64,000 bases of DNA. It comes from Lama guanicoe (taxonomy: Eukaryota). Both the position numbers and the translations under genes were made by a program. Each line of letters begins with the position of its first letter. The first letter of the stretch is position 1. The stretch is from positions 2,158,507-2,222,506 of the forward strand of contig MU053376.1 of assembly GCA_013239625.1 (NCBI GenBank), written 5' to 3'. Positions 35,631 through 48,296 of this stretch are shown piece after piece. A model generated the notes under the pieces. It saw nothing but the letters and a program-made list of their open reading frames with translations, was not told the origin of the DNA and did not search any database.

Positions 35631-36489
35631 TTAGAAAGAGTTCTGGTTAGGTTTTAAGACTTTGGAAATGTAGTTTCATATGGCACCTCAGGGCTGTAGG
35701 TAGAATTGGTCATGCTGACTCAGGAGGAGTAAATGAAAAGAGGTGGCAGAAATTTTGGGAAAATAAAAATATTTCTGGGGTTAGAGATTAATAAGGACAA
35801 GTTTCAGGGTTTAGGAGATACAGAACCAAGTGTCTACAGTATTGGAAGAAGCATAGGGACTTTGTTTTGTTGCTGTTTTCAAGATTCAGAAACATTAATA
35901 GGAGCATCTTTCAAAGACTGCAGGAGAGAGGGAGGGTGGAAGACCAGGAAGTGATGAGGTTCAGGAGAGAGGCAGTTTTCTGAAACTCTGGAAAAATATG
36001 ACTTGGTTTTAGTGTCTCAGTGAGCTAGATTTCTTTTTCTGGAGCTCAGGTGAATTTGGGGTCAACATAGCTTGGGGAAAATGATGAGTTTCAGAGGTTC
36101 TCTCCAACTGATTTTTTTGTGATTAATATGTCATACTGTGCATCATGGTACATCATGCTGCAAAGAATAATTCATAGCAATTGAAACAAATTTAAACGTA
36201 ACTGAACCCACCAACAGCTGTTTCATCACAAAATTCCAGGTGCGTGTGGCCACAGAAATATTTTCTTAATCTATGCATTTGCAACTGCTATAATCACATT
36301 CTGAATGTTCCAATGATTTTTGAAGACGTTGGAGTAGTTCCAATTTTTTTTTGTTCATTTGTTACAGGTTCCTTATTTTGTAAATGTATTAGAACTGGCT
36401 TCAAAGAGCAGGAAGTTATCTTATCTGGCTTTAGCTGCATTGAGAGAGACAATGGAGATTTTGAACTCCTCTTAAGTGGGGCTTGAAAG

Positions 36490-37042
36490 TGTAAGCAGAT
36501 AGGGTAGGGGGGTCCCCGGAAAAAGAGAACTAGGCATGGCTTTCTTGACAGAAGAGAAGCCATTTTTGGCCTAAGCCATTTTGTGATCTAAGCCTGGCCA
36601 CAGTGCTTGCCCTTGAGCAGGTCTCAGTAATTAACAATCTTAAGGGAACAAAAGAATGCAGAATCATATCCATCAAGAGATGTAACAGTAGCAAAGATGA
36701 TATATCAGTTGTAAAGATTCCCAGTTCTGTTTCAGTGATAAATATTAGCCTGACGTGCTCAACCACCAGATCAACTGGAACCTAAGGGATGATGATGTAG
36801 ACCTTTTCTGACTTCAATCAACTGAACATCGCACTCTGTCTGGCCCCTTCATTTATATGCATGGACCCTTAGCTTAAAAATTCCCCAGTTTTGCTGCTCA
36901 GGGAGTCACTGCTTTGGGAAAGATCCTCAGTATTCGCCTTACTTGCTGCAAGTAATAAATCCTTCCTTCTCCCCATCTTTGATTTGGTTGTGTCTTTTGG
37001 CTCAACACCCACCAAGAAGCGAATATAATTTTGGGAGTAACA
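36490..37042 (+). mobile_element. Solo ERV LTR (553 bp, ERV1-like)
   Basis: TG...CA ends (TGTAA... / ...TAACA); flanks gaaag / ggaag; TATA-like CTTAAAAA near 36873; AATAAA at 36954-36959; two YY1-like GCCATTTT motifs. Confidence 0.75.
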
Positions 37043-37967
37043 GGAAGGGAAGAAAGGGTATAAATGGGATGGAATCTGCTAAGGACCTGGAGGTCACAGG
37101 GCAGCAGCTCAGGGGGGCCGCAGAGGTTCCTGCTGGTCCCTCGTTGGGCTTTAACTCAACCACACTGTTGTGAAAGAGGCTCTTTGAAGAAATATTGGAA
37201 AGTACTTGGGCCACTAAGGTCAGAGATTTAAGAGGCTCCAGCGTCCTCAAGGAATCCTCCCTCCCTTGACCTTGGAATCAGTAGGCTGAAGATAAACGTG
37301 GCCTCTGTGTTTCCCACCTCAGGGATAGGAAGGGGAGCAAGAATGCTTCAAGTCGGCTTACTTAGATATGCCTTAAGACAGACGTGGAGAGAGCAGTGAC
37401 TCAGAATGAGGTAAGCAAACTTGTGACGGCAAGTCCATTTCGGACGTTTAGGGCAGTAAAGTGGTCTGAGGTGTCCACATAAGTGCTAAGAACAATGACT
37501 GTTTAATAGAGTTTTGCAATCTTAGAGCTGGAAGGGACCTCAGTCTAGCCCAAAACTTTTGTTGCCATGGAACTCCTCCTTCAAACAGAAGCTTCCGCAG
37601 AAGTCCAAATAAAAACCCATCTGGAAGCAGGATTGCTCTGGTTGGGGAGGGCGAAGGGAGGAGCTGGGGAGGTTCAAAACAAAGCACATTCATAAGATGA
37701 GAAAAAAATTTTAATCATCATGGAAGAAAACCTTTCTAATTTTTATTTGTATCTTAGGTTAAAGAAACATTGATCACAAAGAATAAAGTTCCCCAAGCTC
37801 ACAGATTCTTAATTTATAAAGTGAAGGGCCTATGGACTTTAAAGGTATTTTTACTTGGCATGAGAACAAGGACTGTGACTTTTAATCACACGGAAATGAG
37901 ACTTGGGTGGAAATTTTCAGGTTTACGGACTATGCGCTGCAGGTTTGGGACAATTAGTCCCCAAGCC

Positions 37968-37981
37968 CCACCAGGTGGCGC
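37968..37981 (+). promoter_or_regulatory. CTCF core motif CCACCAGGTGGCGC
   Basis: Matches the CCASYAGRKGGCRS consensus; about 0.7 kb upstream of the DYRK3 CpG island. Confidence 0.65.
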
Positions 37982-38679
37982 CCGAGTTTGGCATTTTGAG
38001 AACGTTGAGTTCTCTCCCAGAGTCAGACCGCCTGCCTCGTGCTTTGTAGGTTTAGAAAATCCAATTGGATGGCACGCTCAAGAAAACAACACTTGTGCTC
38101 TTCTACTTTAACCTCCTTCCCTCTCAGTTTCGTTCCAACTACAGAAATCCGCTTAACATTGGTGTTGCCCAGGTGTCTTAAAATTTCAGAAAATGAAGGG
38201 GAGGGGAACTGCACCCATTCCAAGGAAAAAGAAAGAGTCTGCAGCAGGAGGAAGGCTGGGAATTTGGAGACATCTAGTTCAGGCTTCACCAACCAAACAG
38301 ATGCTCCCAAGGAAACACGGCTCCTCTGGCCTCAGTTTCCTCATCCGTAAAATGGCTGTCCGACCATCCGTGGCACCCCGTCGCTTTGTAGGGGAGTCAG
38401 ACAAACCTCAGCTTAAATTCTGTATCCTAGTTAAATCTGTGAAAGAGGGGTGCTATCCGGTATGGAAACTGAGGATAAATAAAAATGTTCGTAGCTCTGG
38501 TACAGTGTCACAAAATGGGTCTCTTATTATTGCTTGCCCACGTTAACGCATTACCCTCCAGGGGTCGCCCTTCAGTGGGGATGTCTGAGAAATTACCTGT
38601 TTTTTCATTCTTTTTTAGTTCATATTCCAGGGAGGTTTTAGAACTCCAGGCTACAACGTGCTAAGGGACAGTAGACCCT

Positions 38680-39500
38680 GAGGGGCGGGCCGCACTTCTG
38701 AGACAGAAACCGGGATCTGCTATTTCACAGACCCTCCGCCGGTCCCCTTCTCCCTCCCCAGCCCTCAGCCCAGTCTGCAGCCAGAGAACCTCCGCCGCCT
38801 GGGCGGCGATCCGGGCTTCCTTACTCCCGCATCCCCGCCTCAGACGTCCCGGAGTCTGCGCTAGCTGCCGCCTCGCGCGCCGCGCGGTTTGGCCGGGGGG
38901 TGGTGGGGGGAGGGGTTAGAGGCTTCTGCCCCGCCCCGTGCGTCACCGCGTATAGGCGCAGGGGCGTTTCCCGGGGCGTGCCGCGGTTGCTAGGCGACCA
39001 CACCGCTCCCCCTCCCGCCCCTGCTGCTCCCGGCCGGGGCCAGTCCCGAGCGAAGGCGCGCGGAGCTGCAGTGTGTGGACGCGAGTTCCCCGGGAAGCGT
39101 CACGGCCCGGTAGGAAGCCGGCCCAGCGCAGGTGGACGCTCGCTGCCTGCTGGACCCTCCAACCGCCGCCCCTCCCCCACGAGGGTCCCGAGCTAACGGA
39201 TGGGAGGCACGGCTCGCGGGCCCGGGCGGAAGGATGCGGGGCCGCCGGGAGCCGGACTCCCGCCCCAGCAGCGGAGGTAACGGCGTTGTGGGGAAACGGG
39301 CTGGGGCGCTGGAGTGAGCGGCTGGCGCTGGCAGGCGAGGACAGTGGGGCGAGGAGTCAGGACTGGGCTGGAGGCTGAGCGAGCCCCCAGCAGAAGGGAC
39401 AAGAAAAGGGGTCTGACCCCCTCTCGGGGACCGGCCCACCTTCTTCCTCTCCATCAGCTCCCCTCCCCCAAGCCCAGCGGGGGAGGGGGCTAGAGCGGAG
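38680..39500 (+). promoter_or_regulatory. DYRK3 CpG-island promoter and exon 1
   Basis: Dense CpG, GC boxes, half-CRE-like TGCGTCA near 38939, X-box-like GTTGCTAGGCGAC at 38986-38998. Confidence 0.85.
39200..39276 (+). CDS. DYRK3: DYRK3 coding exon 1 (long isoform N-terminus)
   Basis: MGGTARGPGRKDAGPPGAGLPPQQR(R)|gtaacg; in-frame TAA just upstream of the ATG; 77 nt. Confidence 0.93.
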
Positions 39501-41150
39501 TTTGGAAAAGAATTCCCACCCTCGGGATTATTTCGAACTACCAGAAGATGCGACTTTTTGTGTGGCTTTTTAGCAGACTGGGAGAGACAGGGAGCAATAC
39601 CTTTCGAAGAAGCCCTGTTGCTGAGAGCAGATAACCAAAGGCTGAACTCTCGGGGTTTTGCTGTGAGGGGTATGGTCTGGCTTCGATGTGCAGGTGAGGG
39701 GCTCTGCTGACTAGGGCTTTCTGTGGATTCTATTTTAAGAGATTCTCCACCTTGCATTGTATTTTACACCTTAAAGGAGAGAAGGGAGCCTCCTCCCCAC
39801 TTCATTTGCATGGAGGCTTCCTCTGGGTGTTTTCCTTTGGCTATTTATGGGAAATCTTGTAGGTCTTCAATCTGTCTTTCTCTCTGTAAGTGTGGACGCC
39901 TGTCCCATTTTGTGTTATTCTTGCTGTAGGCAAAGAATCAGTTGCATTCAGAATTTTCGGTTCTTGTCAGTAAAGCAGTTCCCATTAAAGACATAAATAA
40001 TTCTATCATAATGTGAACATGTTTGTTTAAAAAAAGAACATTCTAGAAATATTTGTAGTGGGCTTTTTGTTTGGTTTTGGGTTTTGGGTTTTTTTTTTAA
40101 TTTACTCTTTGTGTTTCTATAACACATATATTAAGAAAACTCTAGAGCTAATTTTACCAAACAGTTTTTAAAGGCAACTGAAATATTCCAGCATAGTTTT
40201 AAAGATTTAAAAAAAAAATTCTTCCCTTGCAACTGGGTCATTATTGTATTCACCGTATATCATGTAAAAATGATACAATGAAATGCTGAGTGTGTTACTG
40301 GGAAATCCATGTTCTTGGTGGCAAATGAACCACATTATTCAGGGCCATCTTGTGGATTAAATAAATCCTCTCTGTCTTTTGTGTTCCTTTTCAGTGGTGG
40401 AGGCACAGTGTTAAAGAACAGAGAAATGATCTTTAATCATTTAGCATTTAGCCTCCACCATCCACCACTAGAGAATTAAGTGGGTAAAGATGTGATATAT
40501 AGTATGTTTTGTAATTTAGAGAATCCCTTGTATTTACTATAGAATTCACTGTATTTTTCTACAAGCTAGATAAATGTTAAGTAGTTAAATAAATTTTAAA
40601 AAGCAGCCCTAAGAAGGCCTTTTCTTTCTTGCTTGTAGGACCCAGCAGTGTGTAGACTGGAAGTATTCTTCCCTTTATAACATTTGGAAAACGGCTCAGA
40701 GGGGAAAGTGGTGTAGCCAGTCGTAGAGCTGAGATTAGAATCCAAGTCCCTGACTTTAAAAGTACAGTTCTCAGTCTTGTTTGTTTGTTCCAGGTAGCTT
40801 TTAGGGTTCAAATTCAAACTAGCCTTCGTTTTCAAGTAGTAAGTTAAATGAGATCTTTTTGATAATCCCTATTGTTAACATTCAGAAAGTAAGACCTATT
40901 TTAACTATTTCAAAATACAAACCTAGAAATGCTATCCTTTCTTTTAAAACAAAGAAAAGTTGAATTTTCTCTATTCCTCTGCCAAGTATCCCAGTGGTTT
41001 GTATTCAGTGCCAAAATGCGGTGTAGACATTTGTTTGTATTAATTATTCTCTGTAGCAGATATGAAGCAGTTAAGACACAGGGTGTTTTGTAAATACAAA
41101 TTTATATACTTCAGTTACTGACAGATTTTATTTGTAATCCTTTCAACTAG

Positions 41151-41262
41151 ATTGGGGGATGGTGTCTATGATACCTTCATGATGATAGATGAAACCAAAT
41201 GCCCACCCTGTTCAAATGTGCTCTGCAATCCTTCTGAACCACCTCTGCCCAGAAGACTAAAT
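41151..41262 (+). CDS. DYRK3: DYRK3 coding exon 2
   Basis: tag|LGDGVYDTFMMIDETKCPPCSNVLCNPSEPPLPRRLN|gtaagt; 112 nt. Confidence 0.94.
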
Positions 41263-44160
41263 GTAAGTAAATGAAGTCATTCTTTGTGCTCTGATGGTCC
41301 TGAAAATGAGGAAGTGCTGCTTTTAAAGCTCAGGGTACAATTACGGCTCACTGATAACCTAGACTCTTCTTGTTTCCTTTTGGTTTCTCTTGACTTTGAA
41401 ATAACAATTTCTGTAGTCCAAGTTTAGCTTTTCAGAATGACTTTGATTTGGAGCTCACCCATTCCTTCTAGTCACTGAGTTATATGCATATATATGACAT
41501 TAGGGAAGAAATAATATGCTTCTTTTATCTAGATGATGTGTATTTGTTTATAGAATGATAATGTACAGTGTATTACGGTGGCTCATTTTAACAAAAACAA
41601 GGAATGGAAAATACCCCTGGACTTACAGATCTGCAGATTTTTTTTTTTTCTCTGCAGAGTAGAAATGTAGTTCTCATTTCTTAAGTTCTCTTAAGAAAAC
41701 CATTTTATAGATCACAAATCAAACTTGTACAGTACAGTGTGGTTTTTGATGCATTTAATCATTTCAGAGCTTGCAGACATTTATCTTTTGACACCATTTT
41801 ACTTAAGATAATAAAAAATGTAATTCCCATTCCCCTGGCAGGCACAGAGTGGTAGGAAGAGCAGGGTTTGGATGCGTGCCGTGGCAGGGAGGAGCTCTCC
41901 TGTGACTTGAAAATTTGCTACATGTATCATCTAATGAACAAATGGAATAATTGAGTAGATTCATTTGTCAATATTTCTCCTTCATGTTTCTCTTTAAGAC
42001 CTAGAATTATTTCTATATAAAAAATTGCTTGCATTTTTCATAGCACTTCCCAACTTTTTGTCAGCTTTTGCCATTGAAGTCAGTCTTTTCACTACTTTCA
42101 ACGCTAACATGGGCTAAATATATTCAGAAGGCTGGTCACCCTATTTTTAACCTCTTTTCCAAAATGCAGTAAGTTTCCTTTCCGATCTCTGCAAGCTTAT
42201 TTCTTTAATATGTAAAAACCTCTAAGAGCTCCAGAACCATGTGTGTACTCCTTGTGTTGACTATCAGATTTCTTGGTTACTTGCTAACAATTAGCACGTC
42301 TCTATAGCAAACTTTTGCAGTCGGTTATGACTTAAAGTACATCTTTAATTCAGAGTTGGCCAGTGCTAATCACTCTCAGGTAGGGCAATTAAATTGTATA
42401 TTTCTGGATCAAAATGCATTTTTTACTGAATGATACTCAGAGTAACACAGTCAGGGAAACACAAGATTTTAGATTCCAACCCGATGGTGTGTTTGCAAAC
42501 TTTGCTGAAAAAAATGCTTTTGACCTCTTGGTGACACTTGCAGTTCATTATGCCAGGACTCCATCCCGAGACCCTGTTGCTCATTTCAGAGTCCTTTTGC
42601 TTCATTGTTTATCCAAGATGCCCTTCCATTCCCGTTGTAAACTATAAATCATCTGCTCGTAGGCTTTTGTTGGGTTAGCTTTGTGTTGCAGAGACTTAGG
42701 GTTGAGAGCGAGGAACAGGGTGGTGTTTTAAATCTGGATGAGAAGGATATTCCTTTTCTGAATTTCTCAACAAGATCTTTCAAGACTTGATTAACAGTTG
42801 AAGATTCTATTTGACACGTCAAGAGCTCTCCAAATTAAATGTGTGTGAAGCATCCTTAAAACATGGTTAATCTGGCATTATCTGTCTCTCTGGTTGTAAT
42901 TATATCGTTAAAATATTTGGTAAAGTCGATGGTAGACATTGCTTATTTATTGTGATTATAACCATAGGCTAGAAACATATAGTGTTTTATCTAAGATCTT
43001 TTAACATGTGTGAAAATTGTAGATTCTCCTAGAACAATGGAAGGAAGATTTTATTTATAGCACAGGAGACTTGATACATAATTGATTCAGGCCAGGATTT
43101 GTGTTATTTATAGGAAAGGAAAGAAAGCTGAGGGGCGAACCCTGCCCGTGTGGAAAGATTCTTTCCTGGGATTCTTCAGACTCATTGGAGATTCAAACCT
43201 TGACAGTCTGTAGTGGACTAGACTGAACTGTCCTCTACTGTTCTCAGGGCCCCACTTGCAGGGAGACATAAAAGGCAGCCTGTGTTGAGAACGGGAACAG
43301 GATCTGGTGAGGCCGCCGACACAAGCCATGTGAGGTGGAGGGGGACAGAGAGCCTGGAGAAAGACGCTGGGGGCGGGACAGCCCCCTTTAGCATCTGAAG
43401 GGCTTTGACATGAGATCTGGACACTCCTGTGTAGGTTCGGAGGGCAAAATAAGACCTAATTTGCAGAGAGACATTTAGGCTCACTTTAAGGAAAAGCCGT
43501 AAGTCAGGAAATCCAAATGACATCCTTAATCTTATTGTAATATTTCTATGGAAATTAAACTTCTGTTATGTATCTGTTCTTACGAACGTTCTGTACCTGA
43601 GACCCTCTCTATCACAAACAGAAACGAAGACCTGCAGAGCCCGTGCAGCCTCGCACGGAGGCAGAGTAGGTGAAACACCCGGGGGTGGGCCCTGCACCAC
43701 ACCCGCCCTTTCTGTCCCCTGTCACTGATGACTGCAGCTCCTAGGCTCATTCCCTTGGGTTAGGGCATTGGTCTTCTGTTAAAGTTCGAGAGGTAACACA
43801 TTAAATTGTATAGCAAGTTGAAACCAGGTTTTATGTGGGGGGAAAAGTGGGTGAGGTGTTGCCCTGAGTCTAAGGGAAGGCTGATTGCGGGGGCCTTCGT
43901 GGAGCAGAAGACATACTTAATGCCAGATGTCTGGTGGAGGGAGAGTCTGGCACCGCAGAGAAGAAAAAAGTGAAAGGGAAAGGAAGGAGTGTATAGCTTA
44001 AGCCTTAATATATTGAGAATTTTGCCATTGTTGCCAGTGTTTTTAACATGTTTTATAGTTTGTGAGGGTCTTTCTCGGATATTACTTATTATAATTTGAT
44101 GCACACAACATCTTGCAAATAGATATCATTATCCACATGTGACAGATAAAGAAACCAAGG

Positions 44161-44302
44161 CTAGGGGGGAGGGTATAGCTCAGTGGTAGAGTACTTACTC
44201 AGCATGCACAAGGTCCTGGGTTCAATCCCTGGTACCTCCCTCTAAATAAACCTACTTACCCCTTCCCCCAAAAAAGTAAATAAAATAATTTAAAAAAAAA
44301 AG
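44161..44302 (+). mobile_element. tRNA-Ala-derived SINE (Vic-1-like) inserted in a MIR
   Basis: GGGTATAGCTCAGTGGTAGAG...GGTTCAATCCC; A-tail; 13-bp TSD aaagaaaccaagg at 44148-44160 and 44303-44315. Confidence 0.9.
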
Positions 44303-45606
44303 AAAGAAACCAAGGAAACTGGGCTAAAGATTCAGCCTGCTCTGGGACCCATGGCTTTTGAGCAGTGTAGCCAGGACCCAACCCAGGCCTTCTGATTTTG
44401 CATTTCTTCAGAATGTGTCCCCAAGATTTAGCAGTAAATATTTAGATGCCTTTATGCTAAGCAGTAAAAACTTTAAGGAAAACTGATGATGCGTGCAAAT
44501 GTTCACTTTTATTATGTAAATCTACCTGAAACCAGATAATTGTAATTCCCTGGTTCAGCCAAACGAATCTCCTGAAAGATTATAGTGCCTTGAGATCACT
44601 GGTGTTTTAGCACTTTTATAATAGAGAACAGTGAGCATTGTGTGAATGTTAGATGGATGGATGGGACCTTCTTTCATCCTTAAAAACAGGAGTAGTCATT
44701 TGACTTAACTACTGATAAATAAGAAAAATGTTGCTGTGTATTTACATTTCAGCATGGCATTTAGGTTCTGTCTGCAGGCCTATTTTATTGTCTTAACTAG
44801 TGATAGCTCTTTATTTTTGGTATCAGAGATTTTTCCTGCTCAGTATCTTGCCTCTGCTTAAAAACCAGTTGCCAAAGCGTGGCTAGAGTTGGCCTGGCTG
44901 CTTTGCATACGTGTAAGATAGTGCGGTACCTCATTTTTGTCCCTGTAGTTTAAATTGATTAAATGGCCTAAAAGGAGCTGCAGGAACTAATGTCCTGCTT
45001 TTGTAACTAAATTAGGGGCTGGGTAAAGTATGCCAATGCTTACATTTTTTTTTTATCCTTTTTGTTTATATTTTCATTTATTTAGGTGATAGATCAGGTG
45101 TTGTTTCTTTAAATTATATAAAAATTCTATTTTTTAGATGTTTGGCTACTTTGGATCATTCCCTTATAATTTGTATTATATTTTTAGAGATTGAGAATAT
45201 AACTATAGCACAGAGCTGTTCTAGAATTACCTGCGTCTGATCCCGGAGGCTCAGAAACAGATCAAGGGTATAGTTCTTTGGGCCCCATTAAGAAAAATAA
45301 TTTTCTTTGAAGTATCCTGGAATTTTTTTTTTTAGCAACAGATTTAGCTTTCTTATTTTTCTTCTTATTTCCTTCCAGCACCTTCTTGTATTTTTCTTAG
45401 TTTTTTTTAATTATTGTTTTTGTTTTTAAGTCTTTGGCTTTTTCGCTTTTCTTTTCCTCCATGTAATTTCAGACAATCTTGCTTCACTTCAGAGGAATAA
45501 GTAGTGTCTTCTGTGAGTCACTGTGCCTTGCAGGAAGGGGTTATGTGAAGTCAAGTAAAAAGAGCAGGATGCCTTTATCACGTAGGCTCTTGCTGAGGGG
45601 GAGTAG

Positions 45607-45640
45607 TGTGTGTGTGTATGAGGAGAGAGAGAGAGAGAGA
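45607..45640. repeat. Compound (TG)n/(GA)n microsatellite in DYRK3 intron 2
   Basis: Directly visible. Confidence 0.85.
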
Positions 45641-46496
45641 CTCTGTGTTTAGAAGACTTTTACGTAAAAGAAGCACCCCAGGGCCCTATGTAAAGAATTG
45701 GCCTAGCTGATCTCAAAAACAGATTAGATTGGAACTTTTGTGATTCAGTGAACTGAGCTAGAAAGATGCAATCATTTATTTGGCGACCTGGGAGCAGATG
45801 ACAAAGCCCTTGGTTGCTTCCAGGTGGTAGTCAGCATTCAGCCCTGCTGCAGAGTGGTCCAGGCCAAGTTATGTTGAAGGAAAGCCCCTGGACTGACAGT
45901 CAGAACCTGGGTTCAGATCTCGCCTGTGTCCCTTACCAGCACCTTATCATATACAAAACACTTTAATATACATTATTTCCTTCTTGCTATATATGCCCTT
46001 AAGCTTTGGGAAGATACTTGAAACAATGAGCAAACAATATGGGACAGTACAGATAAAACCAAGTGCTGGGTTACGTGGTAGACTTGGAAAGCAGTGATGA
46101 GCTGTAATTCGCGTGGGCTTGGAGTCGCTCTAAGCGGGAGAGGGGGCACTAGAGTAGAGCTTTGAAAGAGTATGGGATTTGCATGGATGGGGTGAAAAAG
46201 AGTCAGTAGGAAGACATACCTGTGAGAAGGAGCCTAGCATGTCTAGGGGATGGTCAGAAGACTATCTTGTTTTGAATAAAGCATCTATGGTGGGGGCTGT
46301 GGGGGCGGCTGTAAGACAGGGAGTCTCAGGAGTAACATACACAGGTTTCTAGAGGCTCCTGCTTCCATTGTCTCACTTTTGGGTCTTTTACCTCCACAGC
46401 TGGACATGTTTTGTTGTGTTTTGTCCTGTCAGGGGGAGGATAATCCTTACCCCTTTTTTAGTGACTTTAACCTAGATTCATTTTTCCTTTCCGTAG

Positions 46497-48071
46497 ATCA
46501 CCACCGAGCATTTAACGAGAGATCATACCGAGCGCCTTCTGAATGGAGGTGAAATGAAGGTAGAAGAGCTGTTTCAAGAATTTGGCAACAGAAAGTCTGA
46601 TACCATTCAGTCCGATGGCATCCACGACTCGGAGAAACGCTCTCCTGCCGTTCCTCAGGGTAAAAGTTCAGACAGCTTAAATACCGTAAAATCCAGCAGT
46701 TCATCCAAAGCATCCAAAGTGGTGCCTCTGACTCCAGAACAAGCACTGAAGCAGTATAAACACCACCTCACTGCTTATGAGAAGCTAGAGATCGTCAATT
46801 ATCCAGAAATTTACTTTGTGGGTCCAAACGCCAAAAAAAGACATGGAGTTTTTGGTGGTCCCAATAATGGGGGATATGATGATGCTGAAGGGGCCTATAT
46901 TCATGTGCCTCGAGACCATCTAGCCTATCGATATGAGGTGCTGAAAATTATTGGAAAGGGCAGTTTTGGGCAGGTAGCCCGAGTGTACGATCACAAACTT
47001 CGGCAGTATGTGGCCCTGAAGATGGTGCGCAACGAGAAGCGCTTCCATCGCCAGGCGGCCGAGGAGATCCGGATTTTGGAGCATCTTAAAAAGCAGGATA
47101 AAACCGGTAGCATGAACGTCATTCACATGCTGGAAAGTTTCACATTCCGGAACCACGTTTGCATGGCCTTTGAATTGCTGAGCATAGACCTGTATGAGCT
47201 CATTAAAAAAAACAAGTTTCAGGGTTTCAGCATCCAGTTAGTACGCAAGTTTGCTCAATCCATCTTGCAGTCCTTGGATGCTCTCCACAAAAATAAAATC
47301 ATTCACTGTGACCTGAAGCCAGAAAACATTCTCCTGAAACACCACGGGCGCAGCGCGACCAAAGTCATTGACTTCGGGTCCAGCTGTTTCGAGTACCAGA
47401 AGCTTTACACGTACATTCAGTCTCGGTTCTACAGAGCTCCCGAGATCATCTTAGGAAACCGCTACAGCACGCCCATTGACATATGGAGTTTTGGCTGCAT
47501 CCTTGCAGAACTCTTAACAGGACAGCCTCTCTTCCCTGGAGAGGATGAAGGAGACCAGCTGGCCTGTATGATGGAGCTTCTGGGAATGCCACCACCAAAA
47601 CTTCTGGAGCAATCCAAACGTGCCAAGTACTTTATTAACTCCAAGGGCCTACCTCGCTACTGTTCCGTGACTACTCAGGCTGATGGGAAGGTTATGCTGG
47701 TGGGGGGTCGTTCACGGAGGGGTAAAAAGCGGGGTCCCCCAGGCAGCAAAGACTGGGTGACAGCACTGAAAGGGTGTGATGACTACTTATTTATAGAGTT
47801 TCTGAAAAGGTGTCTTCACTGGGACCCCTCTGCTCGTCTGACCCCAGCTCAAGCACTGAGACACCCATGGATTAACAAGTCAGCGCCCAGACCTCTCGCC
47901 ATTGAAAAGGTGCCAGGCAAACGGGTAGTAAATCCTGCAAACGCTTTCCAGGGACTGGGTTCCAAGCTGCCTCCAGTTGTAGGAATAGCCAATAAGCTTA
48001 AAGCTAACTTAATGTCAGAAAGCAATGGTGGTATACCTCTGTGTAGTGTATTGCCAAAACTGATTAGCTAG
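46497..48071 (+). CDS. DYRK3: DYRK3 coding exon 3, dual-specificity tyrosine-phosphorylation-regulated kinase 3 catalytic domain
   Basis: ccgtag|ITTEH... in frame with ORF 46554-48071; DH box (GYDDAEGAY), [24 protein letters not shown], activation-loop YTY, RAPE; C-terminus CSVLPKLIS. Spliced total 587 aa. Confidence 0.97.
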   Translation: MTTEHLTRDHTERLLNGGEMKVEELFQEFGNRKSDTIQSDGIHDSEKRSPAVPQGKSSDSLNTVKSSSSSKASKVVPLTPEQALKQYKHHLTAYEKLEIVNYPEIYFVGPNAKKRHGVFGGPNNGGYDDAEGAYIHVPRDHLAYRYEVLKIIGKGSFGQVARVYDHKLRQYVALKMVRNEKRFHRQAAEEIRILEHLKKQDKTGSMNVIHMLESFTFRNHVCMAFELLSIDLYELIKKNKFQGFSIQLVRKFAQSILQSLDALHKNKIIHCDLKPENILLKHHGRSATKVIDFGSSCFEYQKLYTYIQSRFYRAPEIILGNRYSTPIDIWSFGCILAELLTGQPLFPGEDEGDQLACMMELLGMPPPKLLEQSKRAKYFINSKGLPRYCSVTTQADGKVMLVGGRSRRGKKRGPPGSKDWVTALKGCDDYLFIEFLKRCLHWDPSARLTPAQALRHPWINKSAPRPLAIEKVPGKRVVNPANAFQGLGSKLPPVVGIANKLKANLMSESNGGIPLCSVLPKLIS

Positions 48072-48290
48072 TGGACAGTGATGTGCTCAGAGATGCATAT
48101 GTATGTATTTTTAATTATCTTGCAAACCTGAAAATGGAAAAAAATATATATAAGCCCACTGGTGGATATGTTTTTGTTAGACTAGATTCCTTTTTTTAAC
48201 AAGGCAAAACATTTTTATATGACTATAAGTAAGAGAACTCTTCAAGGGCTAATTACCTAACCAGCTTGTATTGGCCATCCTGGAATACAT

Positions 48291-48296
48291 ATTAAA
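48291..48296 (+). terminator. Candidate proximal DYRK3 poly(A) signal ATTAAA (distal AATAAA at 49181-49186)
   Basis: Hexamer 220 nt after the stop, followed by GU/U-rich sequence. Confidence 0.5.

Noticed and set aside
38990..39757. 255-aa antisense ORF over DYRK3 exon 1
   Set aside because: Pro/Ser/Ala/Arg-rich product typical of stop-poor CpG islands; no domain.
39277..41150. Alternative first exon for the short DYRK3 isoform known in human
   Set aside because: I could not find a convincing ATG plus donor matching it; needs transcript alignment.
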